Shown: positions 27,691 to 38,177 of the stretch, piece by piece
Numbering within the stretch: position 1 is the first letter of the stretch
Layout: each line of letters opens with the position of its first letter
Assembly: GCA_965198115.1 (NCBI GenBank)
Contig: OZ240241.1
Coordinates: forward strand, 2,880,001 to 2,944,000
DNA: 64,000 bases
Source: Candidatus Latescibacterota bacterium
Lineage (GTDB): Bacteria; Latescibacterota; UBA2968
Reading direction: 5' to 3'
The notes under the pieces: generated by a model
Told to the model about the DNA's origin: nothing
The model's input: the letters and a program-made list of their open reading frames with translations, nothing else
Databases searched by the model: none
Program-made: the position numbers and the translations under genes

Positions 27691-28860
27691 TAGTGTCACG
27701 TCCCGCGTATAAGCTTCAAAAGTTTATGGACTTTCTCGAGGATTGAATCTGCCGTGGCGGTCCAGACGAAGGGTGTAGAATTCTCGTTGTAGTGATCAGT
27801 GAATTTCTTGATGCAGGCGATCAGGTCCTTGACGCTTCTGAAGGTGCCTCGTCGAATGGCTCTTTGGGTGATGATACCGAACCAGATCTCTACCTGGTTC
27901 AGCCAGGAGGCATATGTTGGTGTGTAGTGCACGTGATATCGTTTCCGTGAGGCGAGCCAACGCTTGACGTTCGGGTGCTTGTGCGTGCCGTAATTATCGA
28001 CGACCAGATGGATGTCGAGATCCTTTGGGACGTTCTTGTCGATGTGCTTGAGGAACTGAAGGAACTCTTTGTTGCGGTGTCTGGGCTTGCACTGAGTCAG
28101 AACTTTGCCGGATGCGATGTTGAGCGCTGCAAAGAGGGTGGTCGTGCCGTTCCGGATATAGCTGTGAGTGACGCCCTCGACGTATCCGAGACCCAAAGGA
28201 AGAATCGGTTGTGTCCGTTCGAGTGCTTGAATCTGGCTCTTCTCGTCTACACAGAGCACCATCGCGTTGTCCGGTGGGTTCAGGTATAGACCGACGATAT
28301 CCCTGACTTTCTCGACGAAGAAGGGATCGTTCGACAGTTTGAAGTGCTTCTGTCGATGCGGTTGCAGGCCAAAAGCTTTCCATACACGTTGAACCGAGGA
28401 CTTGGAGAGCCCCGTCTCGTCGGCCATCGAACGACAGGTCCAGTGGGTGGCACCCTTCGGTTGCTTCTTGAGCGTCTTGTAGATGAGGGAGGAGATCTCT
28501 TCGTCGCTGACCGACCGTGGCCCTCCAGGACGCAATTCGTCATACAGTCCCATCAAGCCTTGCTCGCAGAAGCGACGACGCCACTTGCCGACAGACGCTC
28601 CGGACAACCCGACTCGTTCCGCGATCTCCTGATTGGTCAGACCGCAATCGCTCATCAAGACGATCTTCGCGCGACGCACCAAAGCGTGAGACATGCTACG
28701 CGAACGAGACAATGACTCGAGTTGATCGTGGACCTCATCACTGATGTTCAGTGGCTGTAACGGACGACCTCTAGCCATCGGTTCCTCCCAAGAATGAGTG
28801 CTTGAGGAACCATACGACAGAATCGAATATTTTTCTAGTTATTCCTGGGACGTGACACTA
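27691..28860 (-). mobile_element. IS630-family element A, copy 2
   Basis: Same IRs, CTAG target. Confidence 0.95.
27696..28778 (-). CDS. IS630 family transposase
   Basis: Identical protein to 3515-4597. Confidence 0.95.
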   Translation of the reverse strand: MARGRPLQPLNISDEVHDQLESLSRSRSMSHALVRRAKIVLMSDCGLTNQEIAERVGLSGASVGKWRRRFCEQGLMGLYDELRPGGPRSVSDEEISSLIYKTLKKQPKGATHWTCRSMADETGLSKSSVQRVWKAFGLQPHRQKHFKLSNDPFFVEKVRDIVGLYLNPPDNAMVLCVDEKSQIQALERTQPILPLGLGYVEGVTHSYIRNGTTTLFAALNIASGKVLTQCKPRHRNKEFLQFLKHIDKNVPKDLDIHLVVDNYGTHKHPNVKRWLASRKRYHVHYTPTYASWLNQVEIWFGIITQRAIRRGTFRSVKDLIACIKKFTDHYNENSTPFVWTATADSILEKVHKLLKLIRGT

Positions 28861-29930
28861 GTTCTCCCCTTATCCAGGCGCAGATGGCATTGGCCTGGCG
28901 CACGAAGGTGTCGCCATAACCGCCCTCTCCCTCGTCGGAAGGTACTTCCTGCCAGCCAGCCCGTCCTGGCTCCATGTATTTGAGGCTGTCGCCGGCGAGC
29001 TCCATCATGCCATCGGTGCCGTAGATGCTGCAATTGATGCCGCCCCAACCACTCAATTCATTTTCGATGACGCCTTCAACGCCATCGGGGTAGCCGATGA
29101 TGCCGGAACAGCGGTCTTCGACCCGGTGGCCGAAGAGATAGTGGTCGGTCTTGCGCTCGACAGAGCCCATGACCCACTCGGGTTCTGGGTCGCCGAGGAC
29201 GAAGAGCTGGCAGTCCAGGCAGTGCGTACCCCAATTGAGCATGCCCTGGATCACGGTGGACCAGAGCCGGCGCGGCTCACCGATGGCTCCGTCGGCCAGC
29301 AAGCGGCGCGCCTCGTTCCAGCACGAGTAGAAGCGGCGCTGGTGCCCAATGGCGAGCTTAACTTCATTGCGCTGGCAAGCGACGATCATCTCGTCGGCCT
29401 CTCCGAGAGAGCAGGCCATGGGCTTCTCGCTGACGATGGCTCGGGGGCGACGTGCGGCGGCAGCGATCGTCATAGGGGCATGCTGGGGATCCCAGGAGCA
29501 GACGCTGACGATGTCGAGTTGTTCCTTGTCGAGCATCTCGCGATAGTCGAGGTATTGGGACTGGACCTCGAAGTCCCGCGCGTATTCGGCCAGGGCCTGG
29601 GGATGGGTATCAGCAATGGCGACGATCTCAGTGTGTTCGCACTCGCGCCAGCCACGGCCGTGCTCGCGGGCGATGCGGCCGCTGGCGATGACGCCTACGC
29701 GAAATCTGTCACTCACATCATTTTCCTCCAAAGTGGGAAGGGATTAGCGCGAAAGACCTTAGGACGCATTCAGGCTGCGATGGTAGGCAGAAATTACGGC
29801 ACTGTCAAAGCCGAGTCGGATCTTGCGGTGGGACAGTCCGTTGACCAGACGCTTTTATCATTCCTAGACTTGCATTTACTTGGTTGCTGCGGTCACCCAC
29901 AAGATCCGAGAGAAGAGCGAGGAGAAAGTC

Positions 29931-30866
29931 ATGGATATCAGCTTTTCCACGACGGCGGGTGCGGAAAATACGTGGAGTCTGGAGGAGTGTGCCACGTGGG
30001 CGAAGGAGCACGACTTCGACTGCGTGCGGCTCACGGACAGCGGGGTCCTGGATTCGGAGCTGGTTCTGAAGCAAGGACGGGCGGATGAGGTGAAGGAGAC
30101 GCTGGCCGGACGCGATCTCTACTTGTCCTGCATCTCCGCTCACTGCAATCTGCTCGACGACGACGCCGAGATCCGAGAGGCGGAGTCGACGCGGCTGCTC
30201 CGGGCGATCCAGACGGCACGGGCGGTGGATTGTCCGGTCATCATCTGCGGCAGTGGGGCGCCGGTGAGGAACGGGCAGTTCTACGGCATGTACTCGTCGC
30301 CGCCGGGAAATGCGTCTGACCGCACCGATGAGCTCGTGGATCGGTACAGCGAGATGTTCGCGCCGATTGCGCGCGCCGCCGAGGAGAACGACATCAGGAT
30401 TGCCCACGACGTGGCGGTGCGCATGGGCAACATCGGCTGCAATCCGGAGATGTGGGACCGCCTACTGCACGCAGTGCCGTCCGATCACATCGGGCTGTCG
30501 TGCGATCCGTCTCACTGGGTGTGGATGATGATCATGCCAGCCGAGGACGTGATCCGCGAATATGCCGGAAAGTGGTACTTCGCCGACGTGAAGGATTGCG
30601 AGGTGAGCTGGCGCATGCTCTACCGCCAGGGCATTATCGGCAACTGGTGGTGGCAGTACCGCGTGCCCGGTCGCGGCGATCTGGACTGGGCCAAGATCAC
30701 GGGTGCCCTCATAGAGTCGGGGTACGACTATGTGCTCTGCGTGGAGAACGAGGACCGGGGCATGCCGGGCCTCGAGGGGCTCGCCTACGGCTGCCGGCAT
30801 CTGCGGGGCTTGCTGCTCAGCCGCGAAGGGCACGAAGCGCCGAGAATTCCCTGGCTGATCCGCTAA
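29931..30866 (+). CDS. Sugar phosphate isomerase/epimerase (AP endonuclease 2 TIM barrel)
   Basis: DPSHW, DVKD, RVPGRGDLDW, CVENED. Confidence 0.85.
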   Translation: MDISFSTTAGAENTWSLEECATWAKEHDFDCVRLTDSGVLDSELVLKQGRADEVKETLAGRDLYLSCISAHCNLLDDDAEIREAESTRLLRAIQTARAVDCPVIICGSGAPVRNGQFYGMYSSPPGNASDRTDELVDRYSEMFAPIARAAEENDIRIAHDVAVRMGNIGCNPEMWDRLLHAVPSDHIGLSCDPSHWVWMMIMPAEDVIREYAGKWYFADVKDCEVSWRMLYRQGIIGNWWWQYRVPGRGDLDWAKITGALIESGYDYVLCVENEDRGMPGLEGLAYGCRHLRGLLLSREGHEAPRIPWLIR

Positions 30867-30967
30867 TGAGTCGGCCGCCGATCCTCTTCCCTGCATCACA
30901 TTGCCATCTATCAACTGAGCTTTCGCTCACGGATGTCCAGAGCTATTAAACCGTTGGGAGGTGGGAG

Positions 30968-31831
30968 ATGGATCGAGTGAGGGTTGGCGTCATCGGGTGC
31001 GGGCACCACGGAAGGGTACACCTCAAGAACTACGTGGAGATTCCCGAGTCCGAGCTGGTCGCGCTCGCGGAGGTGAACCCGGAACGCGCGCGCGAGGCGG
31101 CGGAGTTCGACGTGCCGCACCACTACACGGATTTCCGCGAGATGCTACAGCGGCACACACTGGACGTCGTGAGCGTCGTGACGCCTCCGGTGGCACACCG
31201 TGACGCCGCGGTGGCGGCCTTCGGGGCGGGCGCGAACGTACTAGTGGACAAGCCGTTGGCAATGGACCTCTCCCAGGCGAAGGATATTGTCTGTGCCGCC
31301 AAAGGCGAGCGAAAGCTTCTCTCTATGTGCCTGCAGTTCCGCTGGGATGCAGAGGTGCGTGCGGTGCGCCAGTTTATCGCCGAGGGTAAGCTGGGTCAGG
31401 CATATCATACCCGGATCCTCAGCGGCCACATCATGAATATCCCCGGGTACGGGGTCTTCCATCGGCGCGACCAATCAGGTGGCGGCGTGCTTCACAGCAC
31501 GACGGTTCATTTACTTGACGCGATCCTCTGGGTCCTGGGCAACCCCGAGCCCGTGCGTGCCTCGGGTGCGAACTACCAGAAGGTCAGCAAGATGAAAACT
31601 CCTCTTGTAACCTGGCCCGGGGGCGTCGAGGCGTGCGACATTGAGGACTTCAATCTCGGCCTAGTGCACTTCGCGGACGGATCCACCATGGCGCTCGAGA
31701 GCAATTGGCTGACCCACCCCGGTCCCGCGAGTCCCTATGCACAGATCCTGGGCGACTGGGGCGTGGCGAGGCTGGGTCCTCTGTGTATCGAGCTGGAGGA
31801 CGGTGACAGGATCGTGGATGTTGCGCCTTAG
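30968..31831 (+). pseudogene. Gfo/Idh/MocA oxidoreductase, C-terminus probably clipped by IS630-B
   Basis: VGVIGCG, VLVDKP, GGGVL...VHLLD; stop codon supplied by the IS end. Confidence 0.75.
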
Positions 31832-33093
31832 TGCATGGTTGCATAAACATTATTACGTATGTCCTGAACATTATTTGTAGCTTATGTTCTCCTTCAAAAG
31901 GAGGAGAACAATGCCAAGACGTTCGCCTTATGTGGTGCTACTGTCTGAGAAGGAACGGGTCGACCTCGAGCGAATGGCTGGACAATATACGTTATCGTAT
32001 TATCAAGTGATCCGATCGAAAATCGTGCTTCTCGCCGCCGAGGGATTATCCAACAAGATTATCGCCCAACGGTTGGATGTCCCGCGTCCGATCGTAAGCA
32101 AATGGCGTAAGCGCTTTTTCGAAGAGCGTCTTTCGGGACTCGAAGATAGATCTCGTCCCGGGCGCCCGCCCGGTTTTCCCCCCTCAGGTGGTCGTTCAGA
32201 TCAAGGCGCTGGCGTGTGAACTACCGAGCGAGAGCGGGATACCGCTCTCGCGGTTCAGCTGTTCCGAGATTGCCGCCGAGGCAGTGCAAAGGGGCTTCGT
32301 TGCCAAGATCAGCGGCGCCACTGTCTGGCGCTGGTTGAACGAGGACGCGATTCGTCCTTGGTATCATCGCTCCTGGATTTTCCCACGGGACCCGGACTTC
32401 CAAACCAAAGCAGGTAGAGTCCTTGATCTGTATCACCGCCAATGGCAAGGAAAGCCTTTAGGGCCGAGGGAATATGTACTTTCTGCCGACGAAAAGACCA
32501 GTATTCAAGCACGAGCTCGCAAGCACGTTACCCTACCGCCAGCCTCGAACAGAGCGGCACGCGTTGAACACGAATACGAGCGGAAAGGAGCCCTGGCCTA
32601 TCTGGCTGCTCTCGACGTGCACAATGGTCGAATCTTCGGTCTCTGTGAGTCTTCTTCGGGTATCGAGCCCTTCAACCGGCTCCTGAGCCTGATCATGAGC
32701 CGGAAACCCTATTGCTCGGCAAAGAAAGTCTACCTCATCGTGGATAATGGCTCCTCGCACCGAGGGCAAACATGCATCGACCGTATCCAGGGGAAGTGGC
32801 CAAACATCCACCCCGTTCACCTTCCGATCCACGCAAGCTGGCTCAATCAGATCGAGATCTACTTCTCGATCCTCAAACGCAAGGCTCTGACACCTATCGA
32901 ATTTGCATCGCTCGAAGAGCTTGAGGCAAGAATCCTCGGTTTTCAGGAACGCTACGGACGTATCGCCACACCCTTCAAATGGAAGTTCACACGAACAGAT
33001 CTCGCGGAGATGATCGACAAACTCAGGTTCTACGATACGCCCTTGGCAAAGTCTGCTTAGAATACGTCACCGTATTTGCGAACAGGAGTACTA
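31829..33093 (+). mobile_element. IS630-family element B (split transposase)
   Basis: Ends tagtgcatgg.../...ggagtacta; TA at both sides. Confidence 0.88.
31911..33060 (+). CDS. IS630 transposase in two ORFs (31911-32219, 32188-33060), probable programmed frameshift at TTTTCCCCCC 32174-32183
   Basis: HTH ORF followed by DDE ORF (ADEKTSIQAR, VDNGSSH, SWLNQIEIYF). Confidence 0.85.
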
Positions 33094-33130
33094 AGGTAAG
33101 CGGTACAGGCCGCGACTATCCGGTATCACA

Positions 33131-33410
33131 TCACTCACTGAGCAATGTATTCACTGGATCCTGCTTCGCGGCTCGAGCGGCCTGAAATCCGATTGTAAGC
33201 ACGGCGATGCCGATGCTTATGACACCGCTTAGCACGAATGGCATGGGCCCAACGGCAACACGAAAGGCGAAGTCTTCAAGCCAGCGATCCATAATCCACC
33301 ACCCCAACGGCCACGCGACCACGTTCGCGATAATCACCGGTCGCATGAATTCACCGCAGAGCATGAGAACGATGTTCGATTCCGACGCACCGATCACTTT
33401 GCGGATTCCG
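33131..33410 (-). pseudogene. MacB/FtsX-type ABC permease, C-terminal fragment
   Basis: GIRKVIGAS...IANVVAWP...WLEDFAFR...QAARAAKQDPVNTL. Confidence 0.85.
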
Positions 33411-33649
33411 GTTGTGACACGTAGCATGATCCTGAGACCGCGCTGCGAGCGTGAACGTTTCGTAGACTCAGTCTCGGCCATCAGAGAAGATTCCGGCGCC
33501 CACCCAAATCGGTTCACTGTCGTCCCTACATCCCTATAGCACATTCGTCTCATTCAGGAAACCAGAATACGGCATCCCTTGTCTATAATCGTAGTGCGTC
33601 AGAACTGATCAGAGCCACATTCATCACAGCTGACGAACACCCTATTAGA

Positions 33650-33789
33650 ATGCTCTCCAACTACTTCAAAGTCGCCTGGCGATACCTGCTACGCGACAAG
33701 GTGATCAGTTTAATCAGCGTGACGAGCCTGTCTCTGGGCATCGGATGCGCAATCCTCGTCTTCCTCGTGCTCCAGAATGAGCAGGGCAC
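33650..33789 (+). pseudogene. MacB/FtsX-type ABC permease, N-terminal fragment cut by ISL3
   Basis: MLSNYFKVAWRYLLRDK..SLISVTSLSLGIGCAILVFL. Confidence 0.85.
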
Positions 33790-35189
33790 GGGTTTCTCAA
33801 CGGTGAAACTATAGAATGACAAGGTCATAGATCGTTCCCTACGCTTGGTTGTGTGTGTAGGACAATCAAAGCGAAGGGGGTGCGACCTATGACCGGGAGC
33901 AGATTACTATCGAAACTGCTGAGATTCAAGGGGTTCCGTGTTGTCAGCTGGTGGTTTGAGGGGAGAAGCTGTTTCGTCATCGCCGTAAAGCCACATAAGA
34001 ATGGTTGTTGTTGTCCGGAGTGCGGCCGTCGAGGTAAAATCGTCCGCACAATGCCCCATCCGCGTCGGTGGCGTGACATTCCGGTGTGCGGGTGGAGGGT
34101 CTGGCTTCTCTACCATCCTCGGGAGATTCGGTGTCCTACCCACGGTCGTGTGGTCGAGGAGATTCCGTGGGCGGAGCGGTTCTCTCGGGTGACGTATCGC
34201 TTCGAGTATGCCATGCTGCGCTACTGCCAGACCATGACGCAGAAGGCGGCGTCCGAGTTACTGCGCATCTCTGCCTCGACGCTGTCGGATCTCCTTCACC
34301 GATCCATCACGCGGCTTCGTGAAGGTCATCGTATCCGAGGGCTCAAAACCATCGGGATCGACGAGATCTCCTACGCCAAGCGTCACAGGTACGCCACGCT
34401 CGTTTACGATCTGGACCGCTCCTGCGTGGTGTGGGTTGGCCGCGGCAGGGCGCGTAAAACGATCGATCGGTTTTTCACAGAGGCTCTCAGTCCCTACCAG
34501 AGATCCAAGATCGAGTGGGCCTGCTGCGACATGAGCGAAGCTTACATCGGAGCCATCCAGGAACACTGTCCGAATGCCAAGCTGGTCCTCGATCGCTTTC
34601 ACATCGTCAAGGCTCTCAATGCCGCCGTTGACGAGGTCCGTAAGGACCAGTGGCGTAAAGCTGCCCCGGATGAGCGCAAAGCCATGAAGGGCCTCCGATG
34701 GCTCCTCTACCGGCACTCAGCGACACGCTCCAGAGGGGATACTCGGACACTCAAAGCACTGGAGAAGGCGAACTACCGAATCTATAGAGCCTGGAGACTC
34801 AAGGACGAGTTCGAGCAGTTCTGGGAATACAAAGCGCCCTGGGCTGCCGAACGCTTCCTGAAATGCTGGACGACGTCCGCACTCAGAAGTCGACTTGAAC
34901 CCCTGCGAAAGTTCGTCAGGACCCTGCGACAGCACTTCTTCGGCGTCCTCGCATTCGTGAACACGCGTCTTACCAACGCCATCGCCGAAGGCCTCAACCG
35001 AATCGTCCAAATCGTCAAGAACCGAGCCAGCGGATTCCGCACACTCGACGCATTCAACGATATGATCTTCCTTACCGTCGGAGACATAAACATCCCTGAG
35101 CAGATTCCGAAGAGGTTCCGCACACTCTAACCGCGCCCCCATGCCAGGAACCACGGCACCTTCACCCACTTCATCTCGTTGAGAGATCC
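33790..35189 (+). mobile_element. ISL3-family element (no TSD)
   Basis: IRs gggtttctcaacg / cgttgagagatcc. Confidence 0.88.
33889..35130 (+). CDS. ISL3 family transposase
   Basis: CPECG Zn finger, IGIDEIS, CDMS..Y, DRFHIV, TNA.AEGLN. Confidence 0.95.
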   Translation: MTGSRLLSKLLRFKGFRVVSWWFEGRSCFVIAVKPHKNGCCCPECGRRGKIVRTMPHPRRWRDIPVCGWRVWLLYHPREIRCPTHGRVVEEIPWAERFSRVTYRFEYAMLRYCQTMTQKAASELLRISASTLSDLLHRSITRLREGHRIRGLKTIGIDEISYAKRHRYATLVYDLDRSCVVWVGRGRARKTIDRFFTEALSPYQRSKIEWACCDMSEAYIGAIQEHCPNAKLVLDRFHIVKALNAAVDEVRKDQWRKAAPDERKAMKGLRWLLYRHSATRSRGDTRTLKALEKANYRIYRAWRLKDEFEQFWEYKAPWAAERFLKCWTTSALRSRLEPLRKFVRTLRQHFFGVLAFVNTRLTNAIAEGLNRIVQIVKNRASGFRTLDAFNDMIFLTVGDINIPEQIPKRFRTL

Positions 35190-36055
35190 GGATATAGCCA
35201 AAAATAAAGAAGTAATATTTCACGAAAACGGACGGCGCCTTCCCGTCCTGATAACCTAGCTTGCCCAGGGCTTTGCGTATCGTCCGAAACAATCGAACTT
35301 CCTACCACCAAGCCTACGGAACTGGTGAAATAAAGTTTACTTAGGAGTAATTATAAATGGCGAAAGAACTTCAGGTTATTGTTCGTGAGCAGATTCCGAA
35401 GAGGTTCCGCACACTCTAACCGCGCCCCCATGCCAGGAACCACGGCACCTTCACCCACTTCATCTCGTTGAGAGATCCAGATATAGCCAAAATAAAGAAG
35501 TATTTATGAACAAACCTTGCCCGCGCCAAGCCTACGGAACTGGTGAAATAAAGTTTACTTAGGAGTAATCGGGTTCCGTGCCGACTCTTAGCCCGTCCAA
35601 GTAGTCTGCCCATTCCTGCCCCAGCTGCGTCTTATTTGTCATAAGCCACGCATATTTAGGCGCCCTCTTTATCGACGGAAAGCTTTATTCTCCCATGTTC
35701 CCCAGACAAGACAGGGGGCCGTGGAAGGGTGACGCGTCGATCTCCTGCTGAATGAGGGAGACCAATTCCTCATCGGTACCCGCTCCGACCGGGCCTCGCT
35801 TCCGGGGTTGCCGAAGATCGGTTACGGATGAACGACGAAGCTGGCTGTGCACCGTGGAACGGGGTATCTGCAACACTTTGCACACGCGTTTAAGCTGTAG
35901 CGTCTCCCCGTGGAGGGCGAAAGGGTGCCATTCCCGCGCCAAGCCTACGGAACTGGTGAAATAAAGTTTACTTAGGAGTAATTATAAATGGCGAAAGTGG
36001 ACCCCGAACCCGAACAGGAAAAATAAAGAAGTATTTATGAACAAACCTTGAGCTC
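35190..36055. repeat. Patchwork of short duplicated segments (repeat X pieces, ISL3 end, IS3 piece, IS256-B tip)
   Basis: Most pieces match other places in this window; see findings. Confidence 0.85.
35718..35924 (-). mobile_element. Internal 207-bp fragment of the IS3 element
   Basis: Reverse complement of 16771-16978 with a 1-bp deletion. Confidence 0.9.
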
Positions 36056-36159
36056 TATGCTTGTCGCACAGTCGTCTGAGCGGAGTCAACCAGGACTTTT
36101 TTACCGGCCCATCGAACTGTACCAGGTAGTGGTGCTTGACCGCTGTAGGTATCCTTTCG

Positions 36160-37533
36160 GAGTTCAGGTCAATAGGTGTGTAAAAGAAATCAGGCGGCCA
36201 TCTTCCCGGCTTCGACCTGCGGTTCGGTTGAGTGTTTCTGATCGTAGACTTGTTGTAGCAAGTGTGGCGCGGTGAGTTTCCTGAATCGGCTCTCTGCGAC
36301 CTTGAGCGTACGCCAGATGAGAGTCGTGGCGTTCCTGACTTTCTTGAATCGCCTGGCGGCGTTTGTGCGAAGCCGAACGGAAGCAAAGGGGCTCTCGACG
36401 ACGTTCGTGGTTCTCAGGTGTTTCCAGTGTTCCTTCGGGAAGTCGTAGAACGTGACCATCCGATCCCAGTCTCTTTCGAGCGTCTCCACGGCGGCAGGGA
36501 ACTGTGAGCGATACCGTGCGGCAAAGCGTTTCCGGAGCTTCTCGGCCTCCTTTTTCGTGCCGGCATAGGGGATCTGGACGAGCAGTGCGCGGGCTTCAGC
36601 CTGTGCACGCTTGGCGACCTTGTCGAGCACGTTGAGGATCTTGTGGTTCCAGCACCGTTGTTGCCGGCTCTCTGGCCAGACCTGATCAACGGCCGCCCAG
36701 ATGCCCATATTCCCGTCCGCGGCGATCAGGACAGGATGTTCGAGCCCGCGATCCCGGAGATCCCGGAGCACCGTGAGCCAGGATTCTGTAGACTCTCGAT
36801 AACCGGGTTCTATCGCCAGGATCTCCTTGCTGCCGTCGCTCATCGCGCCGATCACGACCAGCAGACACGCCTTCTCGCGCTCGAGCCCGGCTTTGACGTA
36901 GATGCCATCAGCCCAGGCGTAGACCAGTTCGCGATTATCCAGACGCCTTTCTTTCCAGTCCTGGAAGTCGACCTCCCACTTCCCTCGAAGACGAGCGATC
37001 GAGGTCGGCGAAAGCGGCGCGCCATCACCGAGCAGCGCACGCAAAGACAACTCGAAGTCGCCCTGGGAGAGACCGTGGAGATAAAGGTCGGGAAGCAGAT
37101 CTCCAATGGCCCTGGTTCTCCGGGCGAACAGGGGGAGGATGCGGCTTTCAAACCGCTCTTCCAGACCACGAACCCGGGGACGCCGGACCTTGATCGTTCC
37201 GCAGCTCGTCGAGAGACGCCGGGGCTTGCCGTAGCCGTTCCTGTAGCCCCTGGAGCTATCGACCTCGGCTCGGCGCTCATACCACGACCGGCCCAAGAAC
37301 GCGGTCGCCTCCTCCTCCAGAATGGACTGGAACCGGCCCTGGATCTCTTCACGGATCCAATCGTCAACCGTCTCCCACGTCGGCATGGACTTCAATGGGG
37401 CTCTATGCGTATGTTCCTTCACGGCGATCCTCCTTCCCAACCGGGCCTCTCACCCGGTTTTGTGTGAATCAACTATCTCACGGGAAGGGTAGGGTCGCCC
37501 TTTCTCTTTTTCCACACCTTTTGATTATAGCTC
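36160..37533 (-). mobile_element. IS256-family element B, copy 2
   Basis: 8-bp TSD tcctttcg at 36152-36159 and 37534-37541. Confidence 0.95.
36190..37422 (-). CDS. IS256 family transposase
   Basis: Near-identical to 5062-6294. Confidence 0.95.
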   Translation of the reverse strand: MKEHTHRAPLKSMPTWETVDDWIREEIQGRFQSILEEEATAFLGRSWYERRAEVDSSRGYRNGYGKPRRLSTSCGTIKVRRPRVRGLEERFESRILPLFARRTRAIGDLLPDLYLHGLSQGDFELSLRALLGDGAPLSPTSIARLRGKWEVDFQDWKERRLDNRELVYAWADGIYVKAGLEREKACLLVVIGAMSDGSKEILAIEPGYRESTESWLTVLRDLRDRGLEHPVLIAADGNMGIWAAVDQVWPESRQQRCWNHKILNVLDKVAKRAQAEARALLVQIPYAGTKKEAEKLRKRFAARYRSQFPAAVETLERDWDRMVTFYDFPKEHWKHLRTTNVVESPFASVRLRTNAARRFKKVRNATTLIWRTLKVAESRFRKLTAPHLLQQVYDQKHSTEPQVEAGKMAA

Positions 37534-38177
37534 TCCTTTCGTCTTCATTGTCGTAGGCGGGATGCCAGTGCGTGTCACCAGTAGCGTCGAGTCGTGGGCG
37601 ATTGGTGTCGATCGTACGATGCCCAACTCTGATCTTGTAGAGGTCGGTGATGTCTTCGGTCGGGTAGAGGCGCCCAATCCGTCGAACTTCATCCCGCGTC
37701 GTCTTCATCAACACGAACGCGTCGTACTCGATCTCCGCCGCGTGGAAATCTGCGTAAAGGTCTTCTCGCTCTTCCTCCGTACAGAACACCTTGAGGGTTC
37801 GCGTACGTCTGGGCACAATGCCTCCTCGGGGGCGGGGCACTCGTGAACATAACCGCGCGTTTTGCCAACCAATCTAACCCCATTGACTCGAAACGTATAG
37901 TGCGGGCCGGGGGCGATTTCCAATTCTGACGGCGAAGCTCGTCATCGGCGACGCATCGCCTTTTGGTTGTGCCCGAGGATACCAAGTCGCTGAATTCGTA
38001 AAAGCTCGCCCGTCACCTGGATACTGGACGATCAAGCAGCGTGAGATCGCGAAAGTGTCCGTTGCCACACCACCGTCTTTCAACGGAACGAAGGTCCGTC
38101 CTCACGAGCAAAGAAAGGGGACCCTCCAAGCATCTTTTTTCGGCAGAGGATGCGTGAAAGACTGCCGATAGAAAAGT

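Larger units (their letters stand above)
27466..29731 (-). pseudogene. Gfo/Idh/MocA oxidoreductase split by IS630-A
   Basis: Removing 27691-28858 restores ...IRGELVDYPGEAKYG... in frame. Confidence 0.92.
36056..37816 (-). pseudogene. N-terminal part of the S8 peptidase, interrupted by IS256-B
   Basis: GAGGAGG RBS, GTG 37816; after IS removal reads ...HPAYDNEDER|IPTAVKHHYLVQFDGPVKKSWL. Confidence 0.85.

Noticed and set aside
35226-36050. CRISPR array or regular repeat-spacer system from the recurring aagcctacggaactggtgaaataaag unit
   Set aside because: Copies differ in length (44-160 bp), spacing is irregular, intervening pieces are local or IS duplicates, and no cas genes are present.
4731-36063. 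Diversity-generating retroelement or retron as the source of mutated repeats
   Set aside because: No reverse transcriptase in the window, and the mismatches are not adenine-specific.
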